Assembly: GCA_010093995.1 (NCBI GenBank)
Contig: ML992507.1
Span: forward strand, 1,361,868-1,425,867
Source of the DNA: Elsinoe ampelina
Lineage: Eukaryota
DNA: 64,000 bases
Reading direction: 5' to 3'
Shown here: positions 47,745-60,731 of the stretch, piece after piece
Numbering within the stretch: the first letter of the stretch is position 1
Layout: every line of letters begins with the position of its first letter
The notes under the pieces: generated by a model
Databases searched by the model: none
Told to the model about the DNA's origin: nothing
The model's input: only the letters and a program-made list of their open reading frames with translations
Program-made: the position numbers and the translations under genes

Positions 47745-48261
47745 AAGCTCTTATGGGCGGTTGATACAATTTCTGGCTATGATAGCTGGCTGCGTACACC
47801 CCTGTTGAAATGGGATGAGCAGAGGTAGCGCAACTCCGTAGCTCAATTTGAAGATTTGACGCTGCATACAGTCTCTCGTATGTTTAACTGCCTTGTCAAT
47901 CATTGCCCACTCGCCAGATGGTCATAGTAAGTGAAGTCAAGGAGTCATGACAAACTACCAAGATGTGAAGGCGACACATCTAACAAAGCAGCGACAGAAC
48001 CGCCTAGGCGCCTGGTAGTATGACAGGAATTATTACCAGCTATGATACGCACCTTCCAGAGGCTCACGGACTGACTGCCTCGCTGCCAGTAGCTTATGTA
48101 GTGAAGCCTATTGTCGGTTGCATACCGTACCTGTCTCGGGTGTGCGGTGCAATCTTCCCCATCGGCCAGCTCCGACACGCTCTATCAACACAACACCTTC
48201 ATATAAAAGTGACCGGACCACTTTCCTCTGAAGCAGTGACATCACAGCTTTACTAGGCAAG

Positions 48262-49963
48262 ATGGCCACCACAACCCACGAGATGTGGGTGCTAGGCAAA
48301 CCCCAACCCGGCAACGGCGAGCTGTCCCCCTCCCCCGCTCCCCTTACCCAGCACCGCCCAGCTAACCCCACCAGCATCCCCATCGAAGACCCCTCCACAG
48401 GCGAAATCTTCGCGCAGTAAGCCTCCCCCCCCCCTCTTCCTCCTCCCACCCCTTCTAACACTACCAGCGTCCACTCCGCCTCCCCCTCCGACGTAACCCA
48501 CACCCTCTCCCTCGCCCACGCCTCCCACCTCTCAGGCATCTGGTCCCGCACCCCCGCGCACCACCGAGCCGACATCCTCGACCGCATCGCCCTTCTCCTC
48601 CCGCAATACCTCCCCTCGCTCATCGCCACCGAAGTCCGCCAAACAGGCCGACCCCTCCGCGAACTCCGCGCCCAAATCCCTTCCCTGGTGCGCTGGTTCA
48701 AGTACTACGCCTCCTTACTCCGGGTGCACGAGTCCGCCGTCCTCCCTACGCAAGGGAAACTGCACAACTTCCTGACCCGCCGCCCGCTTGGCGTCGTGGT
48801 GCTCATCACGCCGTTTAATCATCCGCTGCTGATTTGCGTGAAGAAACTCGCCCCTGCACTCGCGGCGGGCAACACGGTGGTGGTGAAACCGAGTGAGCTC
48901 ACGCCGCTTACGACGTTGAAGCTGGCGGAGATCTTAGCCGAGGCGGGACTGCCGGAGGGGGTGGTGAGCGTCTTGCCCGGGTATGGGGCGGTAACGGGGA
49001 GGGCGTTGGTGGAGGATGCGAGGGTGAGGAAGGTGGATGTTACTGGTAGTACGGGGGCGGGGAGGGCGATTGGAAGTGTGGTAGGGGGAAATTTGGCAAA
49101 GTTCACGGCGGAACTGGGGGGCAAGGCGCCGCTGGTAGTATTTGACAGGGCGGATGTGGGGGCGGCGGTGAATGGGGTGGCGTTTGCGAGTTTCATGGCG
49201 AGTGGGCAGACTTGTATCGCTGCGACGAGGATTTTGGTACAGAAAGGGGTGGTGGGGGAAGTGAGGAAGGGGGTGTTGGGGAAGATGGATGGGATTAGGA
49301 GGAGGATTGGGGCGCCGGGGAATGAGGGGTGTATGATGGGGCCGATTGTTTCGGCAAGGCAGTTGGAGAATGTCCAGAATTTGGTACAGAGTGCGAGAGA
49401 GGAAGGGCTGAAGGTTGTGGTAGGTGGCGAGAGGATGACGGGCAAGTCGGAGCTGGATGGGTCGGACTTGAGCAAGGGATACTACTATGCGCCGACACTG
49501 ATCGAGGCTCCTGAAGGAGTGGATGTGACGAAGACAAGGATATGGAAGGAGGAAGTGTTTGGCCCAGTCATCGTGTTGCAGCCATTCGAGACCGAGGAGG
49601 AGGCAATCCGGCTAGCAAACGATTCCGAATTTGGTCTAGGAGCAGCGATATGGACGCAGGATCTGTCACAGGCCCACCGAGTGTCTGACCAGATTGAGGC
49701 GGGCATATGCTGGGTCAATACGCATCACAGGAATGATCCCAGCAGTCCATGGGGCGGTGTTGGTAGTTCAGGGGTTGGGAGTGAAAACGGTATTGGTAAG
49801 CGGGATCACGTCTTTCGTGTCGACATTGCAGCTTACGGGAGCAGATGCTTACCATGCGTACACAACGGTCAAAAGCACCATTTTCAACTATGCTTCTGCA
49901 GAGGAGGCAAAGGCCACGGAGGATTGGTTTGCGGAAGAGACGAAAGAGGTACGGTACGGCTGA
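48262..49963 (+). CDS. Aldehyde dehydrogenase; 3-4 exons
   Basis: IEDPSTGE, PLGVVVLITPFNHP, LAAGNTVVVKPSELTP, ELGGKAP, GQTC and EEVFGPV. Introns 48417-48467, 49796-49843 and probably 48324-48374. Confidence 0.92.
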
Positions 49964-50045
49964 TACTTGGATACCGAACCCAGCATGCGCGGGAAGTCGG
50001 TGGTATTCCACTCGCTGGGTCCTCCCCGTCCAGCCTTGCGAGATC

Positions 50046-51186
50046 CTACCTGTAGTCTCCCTCCTTGATCTTGTGGTTCCAGAACCCTCTAAAGTCCTTC
50101 TTCCTGCCCAATGCATTCAGCTCCTCGATCTCCTTGGGCGTCAACTTGAATGTCATCGCTCTCAGGTAGTCGCTCAGGCGCTGCTCCTTGCTGCTCGTGG
50201 TGATCGCCACCACGTCCTGGTCCACACACCATCGCAACAAGATCTCGCCTGGATTGACAGCGTACTTCTTCGCCAGAGCAGCGACGTAATCATCGATCGG
50301 GCCGCCTTGTGCTTTTGTGACTGGTGTGAGGGGTGCGTATGCAGAGGTGGCGATCTGGTGCTTCTTGTGGAAGGCAAGTAGGTCGGGATGCTGCAGGTAG
50401 GCATGAAACTCGATCTGGTTCAGAGCAGGAGGGACAGTGGCGACTTGGATGATAGGCTCGAGCTGCTCGGCGATGAAGTTGGAAACACCAATTGATTTGG
50501 TCAGGCCTTGAGAGCGAACTTCCTCCATTGATTTCCAGGCTTTCTGGAAGTCTTCTGCAGAGGAGTTGCCAAAGAAAGGAGCGTGGATGAGGTAGCTGGT
50601 AAGTATTAGCAAAGGTCCTTCAGGCAGAAGTCATGACTTACAGATCGACATAGTCCACTCCCAGCTTCTTCAAGCTCGTCTTTAATGCAGCAGGGATATC
50701 GGCAATGTTGGGCAGGACCTTGGTCGTGATGAAAAGCTTCTCACGCGGCACACCACTCTCTCTAGTCATGATCAGCATCTTTATCTAACGACGAGATGCA
50801 TGACACCCACTTGATAGCCTTGCCTTGTTCCGTCTCGGTCTTGTACACTATTTTCAAACATCAGTACTCCGCGCCTTCATGGCAAACAGTCCCAACGTAC
50901 CCTCGGCGCCATCGAGGTGTGTGTACCCAAGGCCAATCGCCAACTTGGTAGAGTCTACGCAGGCCTGATCGAGTTCTCCCTCGTCACCCTGCTTGTACCA
51001 TGCTGTGCCGAGGCCGTAACCAAGCTGTCATCTAGTTAACTCGTTTGCCCTGCATATTTGGCAGTCGTCTGGAGGTTCCGCCGAGCCGGCAATGGCCATG
51101 AGATTTCTTTTGTTCCGACGTACCATTGGGATAGAATTGCCATCATTCAGCTTCAGTAGCGGAATCGGGGTGTGAATGTTTGCCAT
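50046..51186 (-). CDS. Aldo-keto reductase; 5 exons
   Basis: [57 protein letters not shown] and NQIEFH. A possible in-frame upstream ATG lies at 51297. Confidence 0.93.
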
Positions 51187-51786
51187 GTTGCCTGCAAATC
51201 GTGCTCGCGTGCTTGCCGAGGGGCGAGGAAGCTGGTAGGTCGGCGTGCCCGTGGTCTGCTTGAGGATTTGTCTGATGCGTCTCAATGCAATGCTCATGTG
51301 TCGATTGTGAACGACTGGCAAGATAGTAGTGGAGAGAACTTGTTTTCAGCTGGACGCTTCAAGAGCCTGCGTTCTTGGTGCGGGTGCAAAGGAAAGCACG
51401 TCAAACCCGTGGCGGGGCACAACCCGACGTCGTGAGGGGGCGGGCATCGCTGGGTACCGCTGCCGCCGATTGCCGCCTTGCCGCCTTGCCGCGCGGAAAG
51501 GCGGTAATTGGCTGCCGTTCGAATGAAGCTGTCGAGAAATTCAATCACTCGACCTCTTCAAACTTGGCCCACACATGGCTCCCGAATCAGTTTCCTCGGA
51601 CCTGCGGGACTTGCCGAATGCAAGACTCTCAAATCTAAGCAAATTGATCAGGTCCGAATATCATATCACGCGACGCAACTAGACCATCACTGCGTGTCCT
51701 CACCTCCCGGCGATGATGTCCACCATCCAGCAATAGCTCGTCTTTCTGGCAGCCCGCCAATACACTAGGATCTGGACGTGCTCACT

Positions 51787-53634
51787 ATGGATCGCGGTCC
51801 TCCAAGGAGGTCAGTAAAGCTCCATTGGGTTGATGTACAATCTTCGCAGTCGCACGCGACGCGCAGTCGAAGGAACTGACACTGAACTCGCAGGCGTGAG
51901 CTGCCACCAAACGTTCCCGAGGAAGATAGATTCGGCACAGGTTCAGGACAATCATACCGCCCAGGTAATCGCTCGCCTCCTCCACGACCAGACTACCGCC
52001 GCAGGTCTCCACCTGGACGCCCACCTCCGTACGGCGATCCATATGCCAGAGGCATTCCAGCTCGACCTCGAAGTCGATCACCGCCTTACAGGAGAAGATC
52101 GCGCAGTCCACCGCCGTACAGAGGACGAGATGGAGACTTCAGACCAAGACCAAGATCGCCCCCGCGCAGGGATTTCGACCGCGATCCGTACAGAGGGCCA
52201 CCTCCACGAGACATGAGAGATCCGAGAGATATCAGGGATATGCGCGATATGAGGGATCCAAGAGATATCAGAGACCCTCGAGACACCAGAGATCCTAGGG
52301 ATTTGAGAGACGCGCCAAGATACAGGGACAGATCACCTCTACGGACTCCAGCTGAAAGATCTCCACTGCCCGTAAAGAGGAGCAGGGATGTCTCACCAGT
52401 TAGCAGTCGGGGGAGAGAAGCACCGCCGGCCAAGAGGGAAAGGTTCAATGACTATCCTGGATCAAGAGATAGGAGGTATGATTGGAGCAGTACGTTTTGG
52501 CTTCCATACTATACTGATGTTCGCAGTCCACCACGGCGAGGCTACTCTCCGCCGCGAGATCGTCCAAGGGGCGGGCCAGACTACAGACCTGCTGAGAGAT
52601 CGCCGCTCCGCCCCCTTGACCGACCCGATCCACGCTCAATTGATAACTGGCGCAGAAGATCACCATCTCCAAGACGTCCGGAAGCGCCTATCCCATCGGA
52701 ATCACGACCGGAGTCAGGTGCAACATCGAGAAGGCCATCACCACCAGTCCATCCAAGCAGGCTGGCTGTGCTTACAGATGACCGACCAAGGGGACCGAGA
52801 GAGGACTTCTCAGCCCGCGGCCCTCCTCCCGCAGCACATTCACCCCGTCCTCGTTCTCCGCCTCGACGTACCGACCCACCAAGCGCCACGTATCGAGATG
52901 CGCCACCGCGAGCCGAAGCACCTTCAATCAGAGATGAGCCTTCAGAGCGTCCACCTCCGACCGGCCCAGGAGGATCTCGTATGCCATCTGATGTGCCTAG
53001 CGGACCATCTAGGGCACCCCCAACAGGACCAAGACCAGCCGGCGGAGCACCACCATCTGCACCTCGGGCTGCACCTCCACCAGCTCCAGCCGCTCCCAGA
53101 GCAGAGCTGCCATCCGGACCTAGAGGCCGAGGTGGGCCTTTCTCAACCCCATCCTACCGAGGAAGGGGTGGCTACGCGCCATCCTCTGGCCGTGACTATG
53201 AGTCGTCCCCCAACATCCCATCCGGTCCTCGGGGCGCGGCGCCACCAGCAGCACCCTTCAGATCGCCTTCGACACCGAATGCTCCAACCTACCCACGAGC
53301 TCAGCGATTCAACTCGAATGCCGGCATACCTACTTCTCCAGCAGTCGGAGCAGGCCGCAAGATCTCCAACCCCTACCTCTCCTCCTTGCCACCCATCCTG
53401 GACGAAGGGAAAAAACTCCCACCCCTCTATGACCGCAGCAAGCTCGACAGACTGGAAGAAGAATCCGAGAGACTACGCAAAGTGTTGGACGAAAAGCAAA
53501 CCAAGAAACGCGAGAAATTGAGAGAATGGGATCGTTTGGCGAGGGACGTGCAACTTGCGGAGTTGAGGAGTAATTTGGCCGAGGAGAGCCTCATTGCCAT
53601 GAGTGGTGGCGAGGGCAACTCTGCGGCTTTTTAG
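51787..53634 (+). CDS. Arg/Ser/Pro/Asp-rich (SRRM-like) protein with C-terminal coiled coil; 3 exons
   Basis: ATG 51787, intron 51810-51893 in frame with ORF 52213-53634, and probable intron 52476-52526. Contains RSP/RD repeats, PSGPR repeats and a C-terminal helix (LEEESERLR...LREWDRL). Confidence 0.72.
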
Positions 53635-54452
53635 TAGAGTGAGAGAGGAGAGATACTGGATAGGCAGGTTCGGGAGCAAGTAGGGCAGAAGTAATGGGGG
53701 TATAGGCTTGATCCGCGGAGGAGGCAGCGGCAGAGTGTCACGGCGGTTGCGGATGGGAGGTGATGGAGAGGAGGTGCTGCGTAGATGGATGGATGGACGT
53801 CGTTTTCATAATACCCCAAAACTTGTTGTATGATTGTCAATGGAATCTCGGCCTTTTTTTTGCACATTGCACCCTGGTGGTGGATCGATATGAATGCATT
53901 GTTGAGACTCATGGGGAGTGAGAGACGAGCTCTGGCCGTCTGCGTGGGGGTCAAGCAGCAGTGCTAGGACGATGGCGGTGGACGGTTAGGGTCATTGGCC
54001 GCTCCGCTCGATGGGTGGCAAGGAGGATGCGGCGGGAGTACGTACGTGTCTGTGCCGTCAGGACCGGTGCAACGGCACCGGGACGCGAGAATCTCGCATG
54101 ACTGGGATTGGTATGGGAGCGGGAGATGGTATAGGAGGATGTGTATGACGGTGTCATCAGCGATGGGTCAGTGGTGTCGGGAAACGGGGAGAGCCGGTAC
54201 TGCACTCACTACAAGCTGTCGAAGTTGGACGGACGTTCTGATCGTATGTGCGTGATCGAACTACCAGTGATTGCATCGACAGAGCTCGGAAGTTGAGCAG
54301 GTCCGCGAATCGTAGGGGCTTCTGGTAGTAGCATAAGCTGGCAGTAAAAGCACTTCAAGGTGGTTTAGCATTTGTGCTATACATGTGCGGCTATGGCTCT
54401 GTTATCACGCTATCTGCTTGAGCTCCTTTTGTACAAGATCCCGCACAGCTCC

Positions 54453-57337
54453 TCACTCGTCGTCATCTTCCTCCTTGAACACCGGAACAGTGTCCCATTC
54501 CTCGTCATCAATCATAGTGGCGTCTTTGTCCTGAGCCGCTCCCGGCGCATCGTTCTCAAACTCCCACTGCCTGACCTTGTCGAGATACTCTTTGGCCATG
54601 TCGAACTTGTGCTCGGCGTCAGGTAGGATTTGTGCGAGGCGATCCTTGATCTTCTGCCTAGTCGCCTCGTCTAGGTCGTCGTGTAGCTCCTCGAAACGAC
54701 TCTGTAGCAATTTTTTGATGCGGTTGAATGGGGCTTGGACCACTTCGGCAAGATCCTGCATCAAGGAGCGGACGATCATCTCGAAACACCTGAACATGTC
54801 CAGGCGAAGAGCTTTGATGGGCTTCATCTTCCCGCTACCGCCGCTGGATGTCAAAATCTGGTCCAGGATATACTGCAGGCGGAATGGTGTGACGGCTTGG
54901 GACTTCTTTTCAGGCTTACGCTTTGAGGCTTCTTCGTATATTGCGGCCATGGCGGTGACGAAGCCACGTCCTACAGCTGGTGTTGTAACGTCGAAGGCTA
55001 GAGCAGAAGCCTTGTCCCGGAAGGTCTTGAAGATGTCTGGTAGGTTCTCTAAGAAGTCATCGTAGCAGATTCTAAGACCTCGAAGAATCCCGTCCATGTT
55101 GATGGCACCAAGTTCACCACTCTCCCTGAGCTTACGCCTGAGGTCAGCAATCTGCTGTTTGAAGAAGTTGGCAATCTTCTGTTCGACGCCGCTAACTCTC
55201 CTGTCAAACCTCTGGAGTATGACGTTGAATCCCGGTTGGAGGACACTGATGAGGTCGTTGCTAAAGTCAATAGGGCTTTTACCTTTCGGATTATGGACTC
55301 CACCCTTTCGTAGAGTGGCAGCGATTGTGCCCGGATTCAGCCGCTTCCATTCCACCATGATAAGGTCGGTCAAGTCCCTGTGCCATGCTCCATTAGGCTT
55401 GACATTTCTCTTCGCACCCTCAGCCATGTCAGCCTTGAGGCGTCGATGATACTGTCCTCAAATCTCAGTATATGCTGTGCGCTAGCCTTGGTAGCTTCCT
55501 CCACCGCTACGAAGACACATTCCTGCCGCTCTGAGACGTCCTTCTCCAGTACCATCCGCAAACAAATAAGCGGAATACGCATGCGGGTATCGATGTGGCG
55601 TTGAAGCTGTCGCAGGCGTCCTCGTTGACCACGGGTAAAGAGTGGACGTCGAAGCTCGGCAACGCCGTCTTCACCTGGGTGCAGACAAGTCGGCTCAGAG
55701 CCAAAGCCGGAATGGTACTGGTATGCGCGGCTTGATGTAGGAATCACCGTGAGTTCCTGACCCTGGAGCACCTCTGGTAAGATAGACTGAAGTTCCCTTT
55801 TGACGATTTTGTTGCGTAGCATGATCTTTGCACGCTTGAACTCTGCTTCTGGCTTGACGAGACGGTCCTGCACGTTCTTGGCAAGCTCCTTCTTCATGTT
55901 GGCCAAGTCTCGCTTGTTTAGACCTCTTTTCGTCTCCTCAGAGATGTGTGTACCTTTCTTGATGGCAGTAATTTCATCCTGCCACTTTTTAAGCTCCAGC
56001 TCTTCCCTGCCAGAACCATCGGAGCGAGGTGGCTCGTTGATGTCGTCTATCATGGTAGGGATGACTACAACATTGGCGAGACCTTTGAGTGCGGCATATG
56101 TGCGAACGTACTTTCGTACGTCAGGGTCGTCGATGATGCGACGGATAGGCGCAAGGATGAAGATAATGTCGCATTTCTTGAGGTAGTCTTCAGCAGCCTG
56201 TCTTCTCAATGCGTGATAATCTGTAAGCCCAGGGCAGTCGACAATACTAAGCCCTCGACCGAGCAACTTAGACGGAAGGCATATTTCGACTCGTTCCACC
56301 AGCTGCCAGAAGCCGGTGCTACCAGTCGAGGGCCTCTCCGAATATGGCCGGCACTCCTCCCGAATGAAATCAGGATCAGGATCCCTGATCCGAATGCATC
56401 GCTCCTCTGTGTACCCGCCAGAATGGTCATCCAGGTGACTTCTGATAAGGTGGTGGAGATGGGTTTGCAGCTTGACGATATATGACTCGATAGCGCGCTC
56501 ATTGCCAGGATGGTTGAGCTCGTCGACCGCAGCGTCCAGGGCGGTGTTGTCTGGGAATATGCCCTCAACGAACACTTCTAGAAGAAAGTTCTGTGCGGTA
56601 TGATAATCATTGTAGTCGCCGTTGTCGTCGCTTTCGACACTTTCGTCTGTCGCGCCGGATTTTCTGAAGTCGGCATACGCCCTGAAGAAGCTGTTCACCA
56701 ACTTGTCGATTTGGTTCTCTGATCTGAAGAAGACTGTAGCGTTGATGTCCTCGGTGGAATTCGGATTGAAGAGAAATTTGCTGACGACTTGAGTCACAGA
56801 GTTACCCGAGTCGCCTTGCTTGGCCAGCTCATCATAGCCCAGAACAGCATTTTCGAGTCGGGATTTGCCGCAGCCAGTCTCTCCAACTACGCCACCTTGA
56901 ACTTGCTTGCCATAGTCAGCATCCTTGGCCTGCACCATGCCGTCAAGGATGGTCGTGATTTCTTTTCCCAAAGTCTCCAGATTCGCCAATCCCTTGTTCA
57001 TGACATCGACACCGTCTCTGGCCGCTTGGAGGCCTGCTTTGTATTCGGCGCGGCTTGCAGCCATCTGTGGTACGCCTTCGTGTGTATCACTATCCCAACT
57101 TCGTTCGCCCTCGTAGATCTCGACCTCCTCATCCAGATAATTGAGCTCCGTGATACCGATTGAACGCGATTCAGCCTCGGGTGCATGGTCGAGGAGTGGC
57201 GAAGGCGACCTTTTCACTCTGTCGGGCTGCAGTCTCTTGTTCAAAATCGAGGTTGCTGAAAGAGCTAGTTTCGTTGTTGGATATGCTTGATTGTCTCTGT
57301 TCTCGACGCCAGCATCGGCTGGATCTTCTGGATCCAT
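54453..57337 (-). CDS. Dynamin-superfamily (SLIP-GC-like) GTPase, copy 1
   Basis: G1 GETGCGKS, G2 SVTQVV, G3 VDCPGL and G4-like TMID, followed by a helical C-terminus. Two ORFs join through a possible intron 55452-55510 or a frameshift. Confidence 0.75.
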
Positions 57338-58438
57338 TGTGTGAAGCGGGGAAGTCAAGAATGTCATGTTGCTGGTGAGGCGAAAATTCGGCTTTGAGGG
57401 ATTTACGTGCTGGACCAAGTGCACGCACGCGACGAAGGAATCGCGGGCGAATCGCGCTGATAAAATCTTGTGGGGACGCAAACGCTTCGTCCGTGTCAGA
57501 CTGTCGACTTCGCGATACTAAGCAGCTTTCAGCGTGCCCCCATTCTTGAGGGTGTCGTACCTATTGAACTGCTGTGGAAATGGCTTTGAAGAGATCGATC
57601 GCGAATCGAAGATGTTGTGTCGAAGAGGCGAGTGAAGATGGCTCCGTGAGTCGACCACCTGGAGTGTTTCGTGGTCTGGGACAAGGATTGCGCTTGAGGT
57701 ATAGAATCTTGACCAGGAATTTGGAAGGACAGCAGTACCTATATGGAGAAGGGTGTGAGAGGAAAATTTATGTATCGAGGGAAGTGGTGCGAATCTATCC
57801 AAGGTCTCACACGAATGTATTTGTCGCCTAGGATGGTGAATCCAAATAGGATGTGAGAGTCCAGTCCGCCCGCTGGCATGTGATCGTTGTTGTCGTGGAG
57901 TTCACTTTGGATCAAGATCGCCATCACATGAAATCCCCGTTGGTCTGATGGTCACGGGTCATACAGAAGCACTACAAGACCAATTGCACTCACATCGCCT
58001 TGAGAAAATGTCAGAGCTACGCATGTCACCTCCAGCAATTAGTTAATTGCCCCCCAAAAAAGTGCCCGCGCCGTGCAAGCAAATCTTGCGCATGAAGGCA
58101 GATGCCTCGATTGTACCGTAGTGTAGCAAACACGCAAGAAGCTGAAATCGATCATAACGCTCTTTCGAATGGACATCTTGGCATCAGACGAAAGACGAAT
58201 GTGAATGCTAGGTGAGACGCGAGATCGATGAGGAAGGGGGTATATGTTGCGGTCACGCATGACTAAGCGCGCCAAAGTTTAGATTGGTCCAAGTCACATC
58301 ACGGTACTGGCGAAAGGATTCTCAAGAAGTGTGTAGTCTGTCATTCACCTTCCCTTCTCTTTCCACGTCATTGAGAAGAAGGGTTTCCTCTCTGGAAGCC
58401 GTGCTCAATGAGCCCTCTACCCCAACGTCCAAGTTACC

Positions 58439-59806
58439 ATGGCTCGTGACGAGGCCTATGCCCCCTCAGACGACGAAAACGACTCCGACCACGACCTCCA
58501 CATCTCCCGCAAAGGCGGCCGTGCCAAAGCGCGCGCGACACAAGCATGGGAAGCCTCTGCTCACCGGAACTGGGATCTGCAAGAGGATGCATCCGGCTCA
58601 TTGACCTCGACTCTCACCAACCTCGAAGAAGCAGCTAAGCGGAAGCGATTACTCAAAGACACAACTCCGCTCCAGCGCGGTATCATCCGACATGTCCTGC
58701 TCGTGCTGGACCTCAGCACGGCGATGCTAGAGAAGGATTTGCGTCCGAGCCGATTCTTACTTACCATTCAGTATGTGGTGCAGTTCATCGGCGAGTTCTT
58801 CGAGCAGAACCCTATCTCGCAGCTCGGGATACTTGGCATGAGAGATGGTGTGGCGGTGAGGATATCGGAAGTCGGCGGCAACCCGGTGGAGCACATCAAT
58901 GCTGTTCGAGGATTGAGGAACAACTACGAGCCAAAGGGCAATCCATCGCTGCAGAATGCTCTGGAAATGGCAAGAGCAGGGCTCTATCACGCACCTAGTC
59001 ATGGAACGAGAGAGGTGGTTATCATTCTGGGAGCTTTGCTGAGTAGCGACCCCGGCGACATCTACGATACGATCAAGAAGTGTGTCAAGGATGGTATAAG
59101 AGTCGGGATAATTGGGTTAGCGGCGAGGATGCACATTTGCACGGAAATAGTCGGCAGGACGAATGGAGGAGACGAGTCCGGCTACAGTGTTGCAGTCGAT
59201 GAGGTACAATATAGAGAGCTGCTGATGGGCATCACCACACCGCCAGTGGTCAGGGCTACAGACAAGAGGAGAGAGAAGAAGGCAGGCTTGCTGATGATGG
59301 GCTTCCCAAGCAGAGTCATGGAAGAAACACCAACTCTATGCGCCTGTCATGGACGACTGGAGAGGGGTGGCTACGAATGCAGTCGATGCAGAGCGAAGGT
59401 GTGCGGACTGCCAGCGACATGTCCTGGCTGCGATCTTACTCTCATCCTGAGTACGCACTTGGCAAGGAGCTACCATCATTTGTTCCCATTGATGAATTGG
59501 GTGGAGGTCACTTGGGAAAGAGCAAGAGAAAAGGGGAGCAGAGAATGCTATGGGTGCATGAGCGGATTTCCACCAGTACCTGGACAGAATGGAGAGGTCA
59601 ATGGTGAAAGGAGGAGAGATGTCACGAAAAGGGCAACTGCGGAGGGGGCGAGTGAGAGCAGTAGGTATGAGTGCACCGTGTGCGAGAGGCACTTCTGCAT
59701 CGACTGCGACGTCTTCTGTCATGAGGTCGTTCACAACTGCCCTGGATGCCAGAGCAACACCATTCTACCTGGACAGCAAGCGGATGAGGCTATGAATGGG
59801 GATTGA
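58439..59806 (+). CDS. SSL1: TFIIH subunit Ssl1/p44 (vWA plus zinc fingers)
   Basis: LQRGIIRHVLLVLDLS, EKDLRPSR, FFEQNPISQLG, PSLQNALEMA, LILSTHLARSYHHLFP and CIDCDVFCHEVVHNCPGC. Confidence 0.96.
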   Translation: MARDEAYAPSDDENDSDHDLHISRKGGRAKARATQAWEASAHRNWDLQEDASGSLTSTLTNLEEAAKRKRLLKDTTPLQRGIIRHVLLVLDLSTAMLEKDLRPSRFLLTIQYVVQFIGEFFEQNPISQLGILGMRDGVAVRISEVGGNPVEHINAVRGLRNNYEPKGNPSLQNALEMARAGLYHAPSHGTREVVIILGALLSSDPGDIYDTIKKCVKDGIRVGIIGLAARMHICTEIVGRTNGGDESGYSVAVDEVQYRELLMGITTPPVVRATDKRREKKAGLLMMGFPSRVMEETPTLCACHGRLERGGYECSRCRAKVCGLPATCPGCDLTLILSTHLARSYHHLFPLMNWVEVTWERAREKGSRECYGCMSGFPPVPGQNGEVNGERRRDVTKRATAEGASESSRYECTVCERHFCIDCDVFCHEVVHNCPGCQSNTILPGQQADEAMNGD

Positions 59807-60731
59807 GGCTAGATGATCCAGGGCCATGCCGAACAGCACTTCACAACGCATTTGCTGGACAGCTGTGTGAAGCGAGAGAGTGCTACTTGGTAGGTATGTA
59901 TGACTACACGAATGATGGTGCTTCACATCATTCCTCCGCAAGAGCGGCAGTAGCTTGGTGAGATACCATGGCCGACATGCTCGGCTGTCTTTACTTTGTA
60001 GTGCTATCTGCATTCCTCGGGAGCGTGCCGAACCGAACAGCAGTCAGAATGGCAGGCTATCAAATACCGACGACACAATGCATGATAAAGGGTCGACGAA
60101 GCGCTCGACGAACTAGTCAAACAAAGCATCCACTGGATCCAGGTTGCTATACCAGCACAGCTTCGGACCTTGTGAGGTCTCACACCTTCGTCATTGGTGC
60201 ATCGGATACCACCACTTGCATCATGCCGAGATTGAGAGAACTTTACAGCTAGCTACCTGGCAAGCAAACACAATCACTTTGCCTCCCAAGCCGGCATGGC
60301 CGTTTCGACGTGCGGCCAGACCATTTAGAGTTTGACCCTGTCTGCTCTAGCGCGCATCCGCACCCCACACGCCGCACACGGTCAGGCCGCTTGGACCGAG
60401 CTTTTGCAGGAAATTTGCGAGAGGCAGCTGGTGCGCGCGACGACAATTTCGCCCACTTTACATTCTCGCTAGGTACACTCTTCCCTCACCTTCTCTTCAA
60501 CTCGTCGACCTGTCTTGAAACTCGTCGATATCGTCAGAACGACTACTTCATCACTCCTATCACTTCACAAGGTTCGTCAATTCCAACGGCCCGCTGCCTG
60601 TCAGCTGAAACTTCACACCAAAATCTCTCGCCTTTCAGTCGCACAACCGCCGCCGCCTCTCTTACTTGATCCAAACCTGACCTTTACACAGTCTTCAATC
60701 TCTCAACCATCAACTCACCACCCCATACAAT

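Noticed and set aside
48262..51186. ALDH plus AKR (and the SDR) as a secondary-metabolite cluster
   Set aside because: No backbone enzyme (PKS, NRPS, terpene synthase), transporter or cluster regulator in the window.
51809..51893. Possible second stwintron in the SR-like gene (internal CAG at about 51849)
   Set aside because: A single conventional intron already gives the correct frame; the nested model shifts the frame and yields a poor donor.
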